DNA of 51,850 nt from positions 1-51,850 of the forward strand of contig JAAZKV010000001.1 of assembly GCA_012799645.1 (NCBI GenBank). The letters run 5' to 3'. Of this stretch, positions 34,976 to 44,125 are shown piece after piece. Position numbers and translations under genes: made by a program. Every line of letters starts with the position of its first letter. Within the stretch, counting starts at the first letter, position 1. The DNA comes from Candidatus Iainarchaeum sp. (GTDB taxonomy: Archaea; Iainarchaeota; Iainarchaeia; Iainarchaeales; JAAZKV01). The notes beneath the pieces were generated by a model. That model saw nothing but the letters and a program-made list of their open reading frames with translations, was not told where the DNA came from and did no database searches.

Positions 34976-35893
34976 ATGATTGAAAGAAAATTCATTCAAA
35001 AAAATTTCGACAAAATGGAACTAGAACAATACTTAGAAAAAAAACTAGAAAGAGCAGGATTTGATAAACTAGAAATAATCAAAACACCAATGGTTACAAG
35101 AATTGTGCTATATGTAGCAAAACCAGGATTAGCAATTGGAAAAAGTGGATCAACAATAAAAACACTAACAGAAGTAATATCACAAAAACACAAAATTGAT
35201 AACCCACAAATAGAAATACAAGAAATAAATGACCAAAGATTGAACGCAAAAATTCAAGCAAAAAAAATGGCACAAATGATAGAAAGAGGATTTTCTTGGA
35301 GAAGTGTAGCATACAGATTAATTAAAGATGCAATGAATGCAGGAGCACAAGGAATAGAACTTGTAGTTAAAGGAAAATTATCAGGAAAAGGAGGAAGAAA
35401 AAGAAAACAAAGAATCGCGCTAGGGTATATGAAAAAAATAGGACACCAAGCAAAAATGGTTGATTTTGCAAAAGAAGCAGCATACCCAAAAGCAGGAGCA
35501 ATAGGAATTAGATTAAGAATAATACACCCAAGAGTGGTTTTCCCTGATAAAATTGATGCAGAAAAAGTAATTAAAGAAATGAAACAAACAAAACAAGAAA
35601 TGAAAGAACAATTAGAAAAAGAACTACCACTAGATAAAGAAGAAAAAATAGAAGCAAAAAAACTAGAAGAAAAAACAGAAATACCAAAAGAAGTAAAAGA
35701 AAAAATAATACAAACAGTGGAAAAGAAAATAGAAGAAAAAAAAGAAGAGAAAAAAACAACAGAAACAAAAACTGAAAAAGAAAAAACAGAGAAAAAAGAG
35801 GATAAAAAAGAAGTGAAAAAAGAAAACGAAGAAAAACAAGAAAATAAAAAAGAAATTGAAGAAAAAAAAGAGGACAAAAATAAAAAAAATTAA
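34976..35893 (+). CDS. rps3: 30S ribosomal protein S3 (uS3) with about 100 aa of K/E-rich C-terminal tail
   Basis: KH-domain block RIVLYVAKPGLAIGKSGSTIKTL and GAQGIELVVKGKLSG. GGTGTGA Shine-Dalgarno, then ATG 34976. Confidence 0.93.
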   Translation: MIERKFIQKNFDKMELEQYLEKKLERAGFDKLEIIKTPMVTRIVLYVAKPGLAIGKSGSTIKTLTEVISQKHKIDNPQIEIQEINDQRLNAKIQAKKMAQMIERGFSWRSVAYRLIKDAMNAGAQGIELVVKGKLSGKGGRKRKQRIALGYMKKIGHQAKMVDFAKEAAYPKAGAIGIRLRIIHPRVVFPDKIDAEKVIKEMKQTKQEMKEQLEKELPLDKEEKIEAKKLEEKTEIPKEVKEKIIQTVEKKIEEKKEEKKTTETKTEKEKTEKKEDKKEVKKENEEKQENKKEIEEKKEDKNKKN

Positions 35894-35925
35894 AAAAATA
35901 ATAAAAATAAATGAGTGAAAGTGTT

Positions 35926-36123
35926 ATGAAAGCAAAAGAAATACAAAAAATGAGTGTGGAAGAAATCACCCAAAAACTTGTTGAAGCAAAACAAGAACTA
36001 GCAAGAGAAAGAGCAACACTTGTTAGTGGAACAAAAAGTGAAAACAGTGGAAAAATAAGAAAACTAAAAAGAGATATTGCGAGAATGTTTACAGTACTAA
36101 ACCAAAAGGAGGTTAAAGCTTAA
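35926..36123 (+). CDS. rpl29: 50S ribosomal protein L29 (uL29)
   Basis: MKAKEIQKMSVEEITQKLVEAKQELARER...; the upstream in-frame ATG at 35911 lies inside Shine-Dalgarno-like GAGTGA. Confidence 0.88.
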   Translation: MKAKEIQKMSVEEITQKLVEAKQELARERATLVSGTKSENSGKIRKLKRDIARMFTVLNQKEVKA

Positions 36124-36425
36124 TGCAAGAAATAGACAAGATCAGTGGATTGCCAAAAGATTTGTTTGATATAACAAATATAACAAAAGAAAAGCAAAGA
36201 ATAAAGATCGAAGTCATTAAGCGAAAATTTTCCAAAATAATTACCTTAATTCACGGAATAGAAAAAGAGGAAGAATTAAAAGAAATTGGAAAAGAAATGA
36301 AACAAAAATTTGCTTGCGGAGGAACTATTGCTAACAAAACAATAGAACTGCAAGGAAACCACAAAGCAAGAGCAAAAGAATTTTTAATAAAAAAAGGATA
36401 CAACGAAAATTTGATTGATGCATAA
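36123..36425 (+). CDS. sui1: translation initiation factor aSUI1 (aIF1)
   Basis: RIKIEVIKRKFSKIITLIHGIE...KQKFACGGTIANKTIELQGNH; its ATG overlaps the L29 stop (TAATG). Confidence 0.9.
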   Translation: MQEIDKISGLPKDLFDITNITKEKQRIKIEVIKRKFSKIITLIHGIEKEEELKEIGKEMKQKFACGGTIANKTIELQGNHKARAKEFLIKKGYNENLIDA

Positions 36426-36438
36426 AAAGGAGAAATGA

Positions 36439-36714
36439 ATGGAAAAAAAATACGAAATCACAAAAAAAAACTTTCTAAGCCACGAATGGATCGGGCTGAA
36501 AGTAAAAGTGATCAAAAGTAGTGATAAAAAAAGAGAGGTTGAAGGAAAAATAATAAACGAAACACAAAACACAATATGGGTTGAAGTGAAAGGAGAACAA
36601 AAAATAATACCAAAAAAAGAATGTGTATTTGAATTTGATATTGGAGAAAAAATTATTGTAGAAGGAAAAAATGTGATAAAAAGACCGGAGGACAGAGTTA
36701 AAGATTTTAGATAA
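36439..36714 (+). CDS. rnp1: RNase P protein component 1 (Rpp29/Pop4)
   Basis: EWIGLKVKVIKSSDKKREVEGKIINETQNTIWVE...IPKKECVFEF...VEGKNVIKRPEDRVK; canonical position between aSUI1 and S17. Confidence 0.88.
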   Translation: MEKKYEITKKNFLSHEWIGLKVKVIKSSDKKREVEGKIINETQNTIWVEVKGEQKIIPKKECVFEFDIGEKIIVEGKNVIKRPEDRVKDFR

Positions 36715-36731
36715 ATAAGATGGTGAATGTT

Positions 36732-37088
36732 ATGGTTGAAAAAAAAGAGAAAAAAACAAAAGAAACAAAAATTAAAGATACAAAAATAGAAAATACAAAA
36801 GTTGAAACTAAAAAAACAAGTGAAGGAAAAGAAAAAACATACCCAATTAGAGGAAACATTTTTGAAGGAAAAGTAACATCAGCAAAAGCAAACAAAACAG
36901 TAACTGTTGAAAGAATAATTAGTCAATATGCACCAAAATACGAAAGATACAGAAAAATAAAATCAAAAATAAAAGCACACAACCCAACAAGCATTAATGC
37001 AAAAGAAGGAGATATTGTAAAAATTGGAGAAACAAGAAAAATCTCAAAAACAAAAAATTTTATAGTAATGGAAATTATAAAAAAATAG
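36732..37088 (+). CDS. rps17: 30S ribosomal protein S17 (uS17) with K-rich N-terminal extension
   Basis: GNIFEGKVTSAKANKTVTVERIISQYAPKYERYRKIKSKIKAHNP. Confidence 0.92.
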   Translation: MVEKKEKKTKETKIKDTKIENTKVETKKTSEGKEKTYPIRGNIFEGKVTSAKANKTVTVERIISQYAPKYERYRKIKSKIKAHNPTSINAKEGDIVKIGETRKISKTKNFIVMEIIKK

Positions 37089-37098
37089 GTGAAAAACA

Positions 37099-37497
37099 AT
37101 GAGAGCAATGAGTGTAAACAATGTGGGAGCTCTAACCCTACACAGTAGAGTAACTTGTGCTGATAATTCAGGAGCAAAAGAAATTGATATTATATCAGTG
37201 TTTGGATACAAAAGCAGAAAAAAAGGAAACCCAAAAGCAGGAATAGGGAGTTTAGTGAATGTAGTAGTGAAAAAAGGAAAACCTGAAATGAGAGGAAAAA
37301 TAGAAAAAGCAGTAGTGATTAGAACAAGACAAGAATTTAGAAGAGCAAACGGACTCCGAGTTAAATTTGAAGACAACGCAGTTGTTTTAGTTGATGAAGA
37401 AGGACTACCAAAAGCAAGTGAAATGAAAGGATGCTGCGCAAAAGAAGTGGGAGAAAGATTTCCAAAAGTACTAGGACTAGCAAGTGTGGTTGTATAA
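37099..37497 (+). CDS. rpl14: 50S ribosomal protein L14 (uL14)
   Basis: LHSRVTCADNSGAKEIDIISV...AVVIRTRQEFRRANGLRVKFEDNAVVLVD. Confidence 0.96.
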   Translation: MRAMSVNNVGALTLHSRVTCADNSGAKEIDIISVFGYKSRKKGNPKAGIGSLVNVVVKKGKPEMRGKIEKAVVIRTRQEFRRANGLRVKFEDNAVVLVDEEGLPKASEMKGCCAKEVGERFPKVLGLASVVV

Positions 37498-37518
37498 AAT
37501 AAAGGAGAATGAATTTAT

Positions 37519-37857
37519 ATGAAAGTAACAAAAAAACCAGGAAAATCAAGAAAATACGCATACACAGCGCCAAAACACAAAAAAGCAAAAGCACTAGCAG
37601 CACACCTAAGCGAAAAATTAAGTAAAGAAGTAAAAAAAAGATCACTCCCAGTTAGAAAAAAAGACATTGTAAAAATTGTTAGAGGAGAATTCAAAGGAAA
37701 AGATGGAAAAGTAATCAAAGTGGATCACAAAAACCACAAAATATTTGTAGACAAAATTGTTAGAAAAAAATCTAACGGAACAGAATACGAAGTAGCGATA
37801 GATCCATCAAATGTAATAATAATGGATTTAGATAAAACGGATAAAAAAAGAATATAA
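37519..37857 (+). CDS. rpl24: 50S ribosomal protein L24 (uL24)
   Basis: KOW block PVRKKDIVKIVRGEFKGKDGKVIKVD. Confidence 0.92.
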   Translation: MKVTKKPGKSRKYAYTAPKHKKAKALAAHLSEKLSKEVKKRSLPVRKKDIVKIVRGEFKGKDGKVIKVDHKNHKIFVDKIVRKKSNGTEYEVAIDPSNVIIMDLDKTDKKRI

Positions 37858-37895
37858 AAAATAAAAAAAAATGAAAAAAATATGAGGCGAAAATT

Positions 37896-38606
37896 ATGGG
37901 AAAAAAAGGCGGAAACAAAAAAACAAAAGCACTTGTTGCACCAAAAGCAGTGAACATAAAAAGAAAAGAACAAGTATGGACAGTGCACACAATACCAGGA
38001 GCACACAAAAAAACAGCCTCAGTACCACTAGCAATTGCGCTAAGAGAATTAATCGGAATTGCAAAAACAATGAAAGAAGTGAAAGCAATAATTAACACAG
38101 GAGAAGTAAAAGTAAACGGAGTAGTAAAAAAAGATACAAGAACAGGGCTAGGATTATTTGATACAGTGGATATGGAAAAACAAAAATTATTCTACAGAGT
38201 ACTAATGGATAAAAAAGGAAGATTGTATCTAAAAAAACTTGACGAAAAAAGTAATGAAAAAATTGTGAAAGTAACACACAAAAAAATGGTTAAAAAAGGA
38301 GTACAAATAACCACTGATGATAGTAGAGTTTATTTTAACAAAGAAGCAAAAAAAGGAGATTCACTAAAACTAAAACTACCAGAAGGAAAAATAGAAAAAA
38401 TACTACCACTACAAAAAGGAGCAATAGTATTTATAACAAAAGGAGAACACTGTTCAGAACTAGCAACAATAGAAGAAATAGTAGAAGGAACAAGTAGAAG
38501 AGAAAAATTAGTAAAACTAAAAAACAAAACCGGAGAATTTGAAACAGTGCCAAACAATGTATATGTAATAGGAGAAGGAAAAGTAGAAATAAAGGATATT
38601 GAATAA
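37896..38606 (+). CDS. rps4e: 30S ribosomal protein S4e (eS4)
   Basis: WTVHTIPGAHKKTASVPLAIALRELIGIAKTMKEVKAIINTGEVKVNG. Confidence 0.93.
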   Translation: MGKKGGNKKTKALVAPKAVNIKRKEQVWTVHTIPGAHKKTASVPLAIALRELIGIAKTMKEVKAIINTGEVKVNGVVKKDTRTGLGLFDTVDMEKQKLFYRVLMDKKGRLYLKKLDEKSNEKIVKVTHKKMVKKGVQITTDDSRVYFNKEAKKGDSLKLKLPEGKIEKILPLQKGAIVFITKGEHCSELATIEEIVEGTSRREKLVKLKNKTGEFETVPNNVYVIGEGKVEIKDIE

Positions 38607-38656
38607 AATTAAACAAAAAAAATGAGGAAAAAAATGAAAAAATTGAAGTGATAATT

Positions 38657-39160
38657 ATGACAGCAATAAATCAAGTAAAAGTAGAAAAAGTAGTTATCAA
38701 CATGGGGGTTGGTGCTGACGAAGGAAAAATGAAAAAAGCAATACAAGTAATGAACACTATTGCTGGAAAAAACGGAGTAAAAACAAGTTCAAACTTAAGA
38801 ATTCCTGATTGGGGAGTAAGACCAGGAGTAAAACTTGGATTAAAATTAACACTAAGAAAAAAAGAAGCAGAAGAATTTTTGAAAAAAGCACTAACAGCAA
38901 AAGAAAACAAAATACCTGAAAAAAGTTTTGACAAAGAAGGAAATTTTGGGTTTGGAATAAAAGAACACATAAGTGTTCCAGGAGTAAAATATGATCCAAA
39001 AATAGGAATAATGGGGTTTGATGTTTTAGTGTCATTAAAGAAAAAAGGATACAGAGTTAAATACAGAAAAATAAAACAAAGAACTGTAGGAAAAAAACAA
39101 AGAGTAAGTAAAAATGAAGCAATTGAATTTGTAAAAACTCTTGGAGTTGAAATAATATGA
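38657..39160 (+). CDS. rpl5: 50S ribosomal protein L5 (uL5)
   Basis: VEKVVINMGVG...GNFGFGIKEHISVPGVKYDPKIGIMGFDV. Confidence 0.94.
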   Translation: MTAINQVKVEKVVINMGVGADEGKMKKAIQVMNTIAGKNGVKTSSNLRIPDWGVRPGVKLGLKLTLRKKEAEEFLKKALTAKENKIPEKSFDKEGNFGFGIKEHISVPGVKYDPKIGIMGFDVLVSLKKKGYRVKYRKIKQRTVGKKQRVSKNEAIEFVKTLGVEII

Positions 39161-39345
39161 GTGAAGTAAAAAAATTTACGGATAAAAATTTCAAAAATGT
39201 TAAAAGTTTGAAAATGAAAAAAAAGGACAGAAAATGCAAAATCTGCGGAGCAAGAAAAGGATTTGTAAGAAAATACAATTTGAACATATGCAGAAGATGC
39301 TTCAAAGATAATGCAACAAAATTAGGTTTTGAAAAATTTGAATAA
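39157..39345 (+). CDS. rps14: 30S ribosomal protein S14 type Z (uS14)
   Basis: CKICGARKGFVRKYNLNICRRCF zinc-ribbon block; overlaps the L5 stop by 4 nt. Confidence 0.93.
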   Translation: MSEVKKFTDKNFKNVKSLKMKKKDRKCKICGARKGFVRKYNLNICRRCFKDNATKLGFEKFE

Positions 39346-39377
39346 AAAAAAATGGAGAAAAAAAAGCGGGTGAAAAT

Positions 39378-39770
39378 ATGAGTATGACAGATCCGGTAAT
39401 GAATGGGTTGACAATAATTCGAAATTCTGAATTAGCTTCAAAAAAAGAATGCGAAGTTAAACCCGCATCAAAATTCTTTGGAGAAATACTAAAAATAGCA
39501 AAAAACAACGGATACATTGCGGATTACAAATTAATTGAAGAACACCAAAAAATATCTTACAAAGTTAATTTGAACGGAAAACTAAACACAATCAAAGCAA
39601 TAAAACCAAGATATGCTGTAAAAAGAGATGAATTTGAAAAATATGAAAAAAGATACTTACCTGCAAGAGATGTAGGATTAATTGTAGTATCAACATCACA
39701 AGGAGTACTAACACACACAGAAGCAAAAGCAAAAAAACTCGGAGGAAGATTAATAGCATTCATGTATTAA
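39378..39770 (+). CDS. rps8: 30S ribosomal protein S8 (uS8)
   Basis: MTDPVMNGLTIIRNSELASKKECEV...VVSTSQGVLTHTEAKAKKLGGRLIAFMY. Confidence 0.95.
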   Translation: MSMTDPVMNGLTIIRNSELASKKECEVKPASKFFGEILKIAKNNGYIADYKLIEEHQKISYKVNLNGKLNTIKAIKPRYAVKRDEFEKYEKRYLPARDVGLIVVSTSQGVLTHTEAKAKKLGGRLIAFMY

Positions 39771-39851
39771 TTAAAAAAAATATTAAACAAAAATAAAAAA
39801 ATGAAAAAATAAAAAACAATGAAAATAATGATGAAAAAAATGGTGAATATT

Positions 39852-40439
39852 ATGGCAGAAAAAGAAATTATTTACACATTAACACTACCAAGCGAGGTGA
39901 GTGCAACAATAAACAACAAAACACTTACAATAAAATCAGAAAAAGCTGAACTAAAAAAAAGTATGAAAAATTACCGAGCAAATATCAAAATTGAAGGAAA
40001 CAAAATAATCATTGAAGGAAAACCAGTTACAAGAAGAACAAGAGATGTAGTAAAAACAATTATATCACACATACAAAACATGGTAGAAGGCGCAATATAT
40101 GGATATGTTTACAAACTAAAAATTGTTTACTCACACTTCCCAATGACAGCACAAGTTGAAAATGATACAGTACTAGTAAAAAACTTTTTAGGAGAAAAAT
40201 TTCCAAGAAAAGCAAAAATAAAAGGAAACACAAAAGTAGAAGTGAAAGGAACAGAAATAATTGTTAGTGGATATGATAAAGAAGATGTGAGTCAAACCGC
40301 ATCAAATATTGAACAACACACAAAAGTAAAAAACAAAGATATAAGAAGATACCAAGATGGAGTATATTTAGTAGAACAAACAAACATAACAGAAAAACCA
40401 AACAAAAAAATAGTTGAACTTATTAGAGGGAGAGAATAA
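39852..40439 (+). CDS. rpl6: 50S ribosomal protein L6 (uL6)
   Basis: YVYKLKIVYSHFPMTAQVENDTVLVKNFLGEKFPRKAKI. GGTGA at 39842-39846, then ATG 39852. Confidence 0.93.
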   Translation: MAEKEIIYTLTLPSEVSATINNKTLTIKSEKAELKKSMKNYRANIKIEGNKIIIEGKPVTRRTRDVVKTIISHIQNMVEGAIYGYVYKLKIVYSHFPMTAQVENDTVLVKNFLGEKFPRKAKIKGNTKVEVKGTEIIVSGYDKEDVSQTASNIEQHTKVKNKDIRRYQDGVYLVEQTNITEKPNKKIVELIRGRE

Positions 40440-40514
40440 GGAGAATAAAATAATTAAAATTAGGACATTTGGAAAAAAAATTTAAAGGTGTGAAAATATT
40501 AAAGGTGAATTATT

Positions 40515-41090
40515 ATGTCAGAAAGACCAATTATGAAAGAAAAAGGACAAAAATCAAAAGTTCTTAAAAAAACAGAAACCAAAGTTCCAAAAGTAGAAAA
40601 AAAAGAAGAAAAGAAAACCACAGAAACAAAAACTGACAAAAAAGAAATAAAAACAAAAAAAGAAATTGTTAAGAAAAAATTTATACCATACGAGGAAAAA
40701 GTAAAACCAAAAAAACCAAAAGAAGTAATAGAAACACAAAAATCACTCGGAGATAAAAAAGAACACCCAGTGTTTAGAGGAAGATTTGGTAAAAAACAAT
40801 TCAGGAGAAAATCAATAAAAAAATGGGACAAATGGAGAAAACCACGCGGAATTGATCTTGACAGAGATATTGCTCACGGATATAGTCCAAAAATAGGGTA
40901 CAGGAGTGATACAAAATTAAGAAACATACACCCATCAGGATACAAAGAAATACTTGTATGCAATTTAAATGATTTAGCAAAAATTGATAACAAAACACAA
41001 GCAGCAAGAATAAGTAAAACAATTGGGAAAAGAAAAAGAAATGAAATAATAAAAAAAGCAAACGAAAAAGCAATTTGGGTATTAAACTAA
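40515..41090 (+). CDS. rpl32e: 50S ribosomal protein L32e (eL32) with about 80 aa of K/E/T-rich N-terminal extension
   Basis: FRRKSIKKWDKWRKPRGIDLDRDIAHGYSPKIGYRSDTKLRNIHPSGYKE. Confidence 0.9.
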   Translation: MSERPIMKEKGQKSKVLKKTETKVPKVEKKEEKKTTETKTDKKEIKTKKEIVKKKFIPYEEKVKPKKPKEVIETQKSLGDKKEHPVFRGRFGKKQFRRKSIKKWDKWRKPRGIDLDRDIAHGYSPKIGYRSDTKLRNIHPSGYKEILVCNLNDLAKIDNKTQAARISKTIGKRKRNEIIKKANEKAIWVLN

Positions 41091-41124
41091 GGAGAAAAAT
41101 GAAAAAAATAAGAAGTGGATTTTT

Positions 41125-41571
41125 ATGGATTTGAAAAAAGCAAAAGAACTAGCAGCAAGAATACTAAAAGTTGGAGTAAACAGAATCTATATTGATCCAA
41201 CAAACCTAAAAAAAGTAGAAGAAGCAATGACAAAAGATGATATAAGAGGATTAATTGCTGAAAGAATTATTAAAAAAAGAAAAACAAACAACCAAAGCAA
41301 AGGAAGAACAAGAACAGCAACCCTACAAAGACAAAAAGGAAGAAGAAGAGGGAAAGGAAAAAGAAAAGGAACCAAAAACACAAGAGTGGATAAAAAAAGT
41401 AATTGGATGCACAAAGTTAGAGCACAAAGAAAAATGTTGCAAGAATTGAAAAAAACAAATCCAAAAGCAGTAGAAGAAAAAGGATACGGAAATTTATACA
41501 AAAAAATTAAAGGAAATTTCTTCAGAGGAAAAAATTATTTGAAAGAATATGTAGAAGGGGTGAAAAAGTAA
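41125..41571 (+). CDS. rpl19e: 50S ribosomal protein L19e (eL19)
   Basis: LAARILKVGVNRIYIDP...GKGKRKGTKNTR...WMHKVRAQR. Confidence 0.93.
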   Translation: MDLKKAKELAARILKVGVNRIYIDPTNLKKVEEAMTKDDIRGLIAERIIKKRKTNNQSKGRTRTATLQRQKGRRRGKGKRKGTKNTRVDKKSNWMHKVRAQRKMLQELKKTNPKAVEEKGYGNLYKKIKGNFFRGKNYLKEYVEGVKK

Positions 41572-42144
41572 ATGGCACACAAAAAAACCTACGAAACAAA
41601 ATTCAAAAGAAGAGCAGAAGGAAAAACTGATTACGAAAAAAGATTAAAACTTGTAAAATCAAAAAAAGTAAGATTTGTTGTAAGAAAAACAAACACAAGA
41701 ATAATTGCACAAGCAATAATGTTTGAATTAAAAGGAGACAAAACAATTGCTACTGCTGATTCAAAAGAACTAACAAAATACGGGTTCTACGGAACAAACA
41801 ACACCCCATCAGCATACTTAACAGGATTATTATTAGGAAAAAAAATATCAAACAAAATAAAAGAAGGAGTGCTTGATATTGGAAGGAAAACAGCAAGTCA
41901 CGGAAGTGTAGTATTTGCTTGCGCTAAAGGAATAAATGATGGCGGAGTAAAAGTACCACTATCAGAAAAAGCAGTGCCAAGCGAAGAAAGAATTAACGCA
42001 ACCACACTTGATGAATATGCAAAAAAACTAGGAGAAAACGCAAACACTGTTTTTGCAAACTATGCAAAAGCAAAAATAACTCCTGGAGAAATAAACAAAG
42101 CTTTTGAAAAAGCAAAAAGTGAAATACAAAAGGTGAAAGCATGA
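41572..42144 (+). CDS. rpl18: 50S ribosomal protein L18 (uL18)
   Basis: RRAEGKTDYEKRLKLVKSKKVRFVVRKTNTRIIAQ. Confidence 0.93.
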   Translation: MAHKKTYETKFKRRAEGKTDYEKRLKLVKSKKVRFVVRKTNTRIIAQAIMFELKGDKTIATADSKELTKYGFYGTNNTPSAYLTGLLLGKKISNKIKEGVLDIGRKTASHGSVVFACAKGINDGGVKVPLSEKAVPSEERINATTLDEYAKKLGENANTVFANYAKAKITPGEINKAFEKAKSEIQKVKA

Positions 42145-42866
42145 GTAGAACAAATTTCAAAAAAAGAACAGAAGAAACAACAGGAAAAGGGGAAGAAGAT
42201 TTCCAACAAATAGCAAAAGAAATAACAGAAAAACAAAAAACACTTGATGCTTGGATACCAAAAACTGAACTAGGAAGAATGGTTAAATCAGGAAAAATAA
42301 GTTCAATTGATGAAATATTTGATAAAGGATACAAAATAATGGAACCAGAAATTGTTGACTCACTAATAAAACTAGAAGAAGAAGTGGTGGAAGTTTCTAA
42401 AAAAACAAGAGTAACAACTGCTGGAAGAAAATTTAGTTACAGAGCAGCAGTACTAGTTGGAAACAGAAACGGGTATGTAGGATTAGGAACAGCAAAAGAT
42501 GTTGATAGATTTCCAGCAATAACAAAAGCAAAAAGGAGTGCAAGATTAAATTTAATAAGAGTATACAGAGGAAGCGGATCTTGGGAAGAACAACCAACAG
42601 AAGATCAACACTCAGTACCAATGAAAGTAGTTGGACAAGAAGGAAGTGTAAGAATAACACTAATGCCAGCACCAAAAGGAACAGGACTAGCAGTAGGAAA
42701 AAACATAAGAAGTGTATTTGTACTAGCAGGAATACAAAATGTGTGGAGTAAAGGAAAAGGAAGAACATCAATAAAACTAAACTTCGTAAGAGCAGCGGTT
42801 AATGCTCTAAAAAAAGTATCAGAAATGAAAATGACAAAAGATCTTGAAAGAAAATTAAAAAAATAA
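42141..42866 (+). CDS. rps5: 30S ribosomal protein S5 (uS5)
   Basis: RVTTAGRKFSYRAAVLVGNRNGYVGLGTAKD...MPAPKGTGLAVGKNIRSVFVLAGIQNVWSK. Confidence 0.95.
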   Translation: MSRTNFKKRTEETTGKGEEDFQQIAKEITEKQKTLDAWIPKTELGRMVKSGKISSIDEIFDKGYKIMEPEIVDSLIKLEEEVVEVSKKTRVTTAGRKFSYRAAVLVGNRNGYVGLGTAKDVDRFPAITKAKRSARLNLIRVYRGSGSWEEQPTEDQHSVPMKVVGQEGSVRITLMPAPKGTGLAVGKNIRSVFVLAGIQNVWSKGKGRTSIKLNFVRAAVNALKKVSEMKMTKDLERKLKK

Positions 42867-43014
42867 AATAAAGAAATGAATGGAGAAAAAGAAAAAACGA
42901 AAATAAAAAAAATAAAACAAAAAAATAAGGGAAGGAAAAAAATAAAAGTGAAAAAAATTAGGAATTATGGGAAAAATATAAATTATAAAAAAATATGTTT
43001 GAGAGTGAAAAAAT

Positions 43015-43437
43015 ATGTATGCAGTAATTAGAATAAGAGGAACAGTGAGTGTTAAACCTGATACAAGAAAAACACTAGAATACTTGAATTTAAGAAGAGC
43101 AAACAATTTGAGTATATGGCCAGAAACAAACCAATTCAAAAAAGCAATAAAAAAAATAGAGCCAATGGTTACTTTCGGAAAAATTGATGAAGAAACACTA
43201 ACAAAATTAATTGAAAAAAGAGGAAAAATGATAGAAGGAAAACTTGATACAAAAAAAATTGTTGCAGAATTAAAGAACGGAAAAAGTGCAAACGAAGTAG
43301 GGTTAGTGAATTGTTTCACACTAAGTCCGCCAAAAAAAGGATTTGAAAGAAAAGGAGTAAAAAAACCATACAACTTAGGCGGAGCATACGGGGATAGAAA
43401 AGAAAAAATAAATGAATTAATAATGAGAATGATATAA
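43015..43437 (+). CDS. rpl30: 50S ribosomal protein L30 (uL30)
   Basis: MYAVIRIRGTVSVKPDTRKTLEYLNLRRAN. Confidence 0.92.
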   Translation: MYAVIRIRGTVSVKPDTRKTLEYLNLRRANNLSIWPETNQFKKAIKKIEPMVTFGKIDEETLTKLIEKRGKMIEGKLDTKKIVAELKNGKSANEVGLVNCFTLSPPKKGFERKGVKKPYNLGGAYGDRKEKINELIMRMI

Positions 43438-43575
43438 AAGAATGAAATAAAAGGGAGTAAAAACAAAAAACGAGGGAAAAATAAAAAAAGAAAAAGGAGC
43501 ACAAAATGTTGGACAATGGAATATTGTGAATTATTAATTATTAACAATATTATTGATTATTAGTTGGTGAATTTT

Positions 43576-44070
43576 ATGGTTGTAAGAAAAAGAAAAAGAA
43601 AAAACAAATTAAGAGGACAAAGAACAATGGGTGCTGGCGGAACAAAAAACAGAAGAGGGGCTGGTTGCAGAGGGGGAAGAGGAAAAGCAGGACACAGAAA
43701 ACACAAAATCGCAACTTATATGCCATTAAAAGAAAAAAAATGCCGACTTAAAGCAGGAATCAAAGAAAAAGAAATCACACTAGGAAACCTTGACATTATT
43801 CTTGACAAATTAGTTAGTGAAGGAAAAGTAACAAAAGAAGGAACAAAATACATTGTTGATACAAAATCAGGATACGGAAAAATACTAAGCCAAGGAAATA
43901 CTGAAAAAGAAATCATACTAAAAATTAACGCTTCAATCGGAGCAATAAAAAAAATAGTTGCTGCGGGCGGAGCTTTTGAATACGAAAAAAAAGGATTTGA
44001 AAAAGAAGTTGAAGAAGCAATCGCACAAGTAGAAGAAAGCGAACTTGAATTTGAAAGCGAAGAAAAATAG
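43576..44070 (+). CDS. rpl15: 50S ribosomal protein L15 (uL15)
   Basis: RKRKNKLRGQRTMGAGGTKNRRGAGCRGGRGKAG. GGTGA at 43566-43570, then ATG 43576. Confidence 0.92.
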   Translation: MVVRKRKRKNKLRGQRTMGAGGTKNRRGAGCRGGRGKAGHRKHKIATYMPLKEKKCRLKAGIKEKEITLGNLDIILDKLVSEGKVTKEGTKYIVDTKSGYGKILSQGNTEKEIILKINASIGAIKKIVAAGGAFEYEKKGFEKEVEEAIAQVEESELEFESEEK

Positions 44071-44125
44071 TGGCGACACAAAATGGAGAAAAAAACAAAA
44101 ATAAAAAATAATTAAAAAACAAAAA

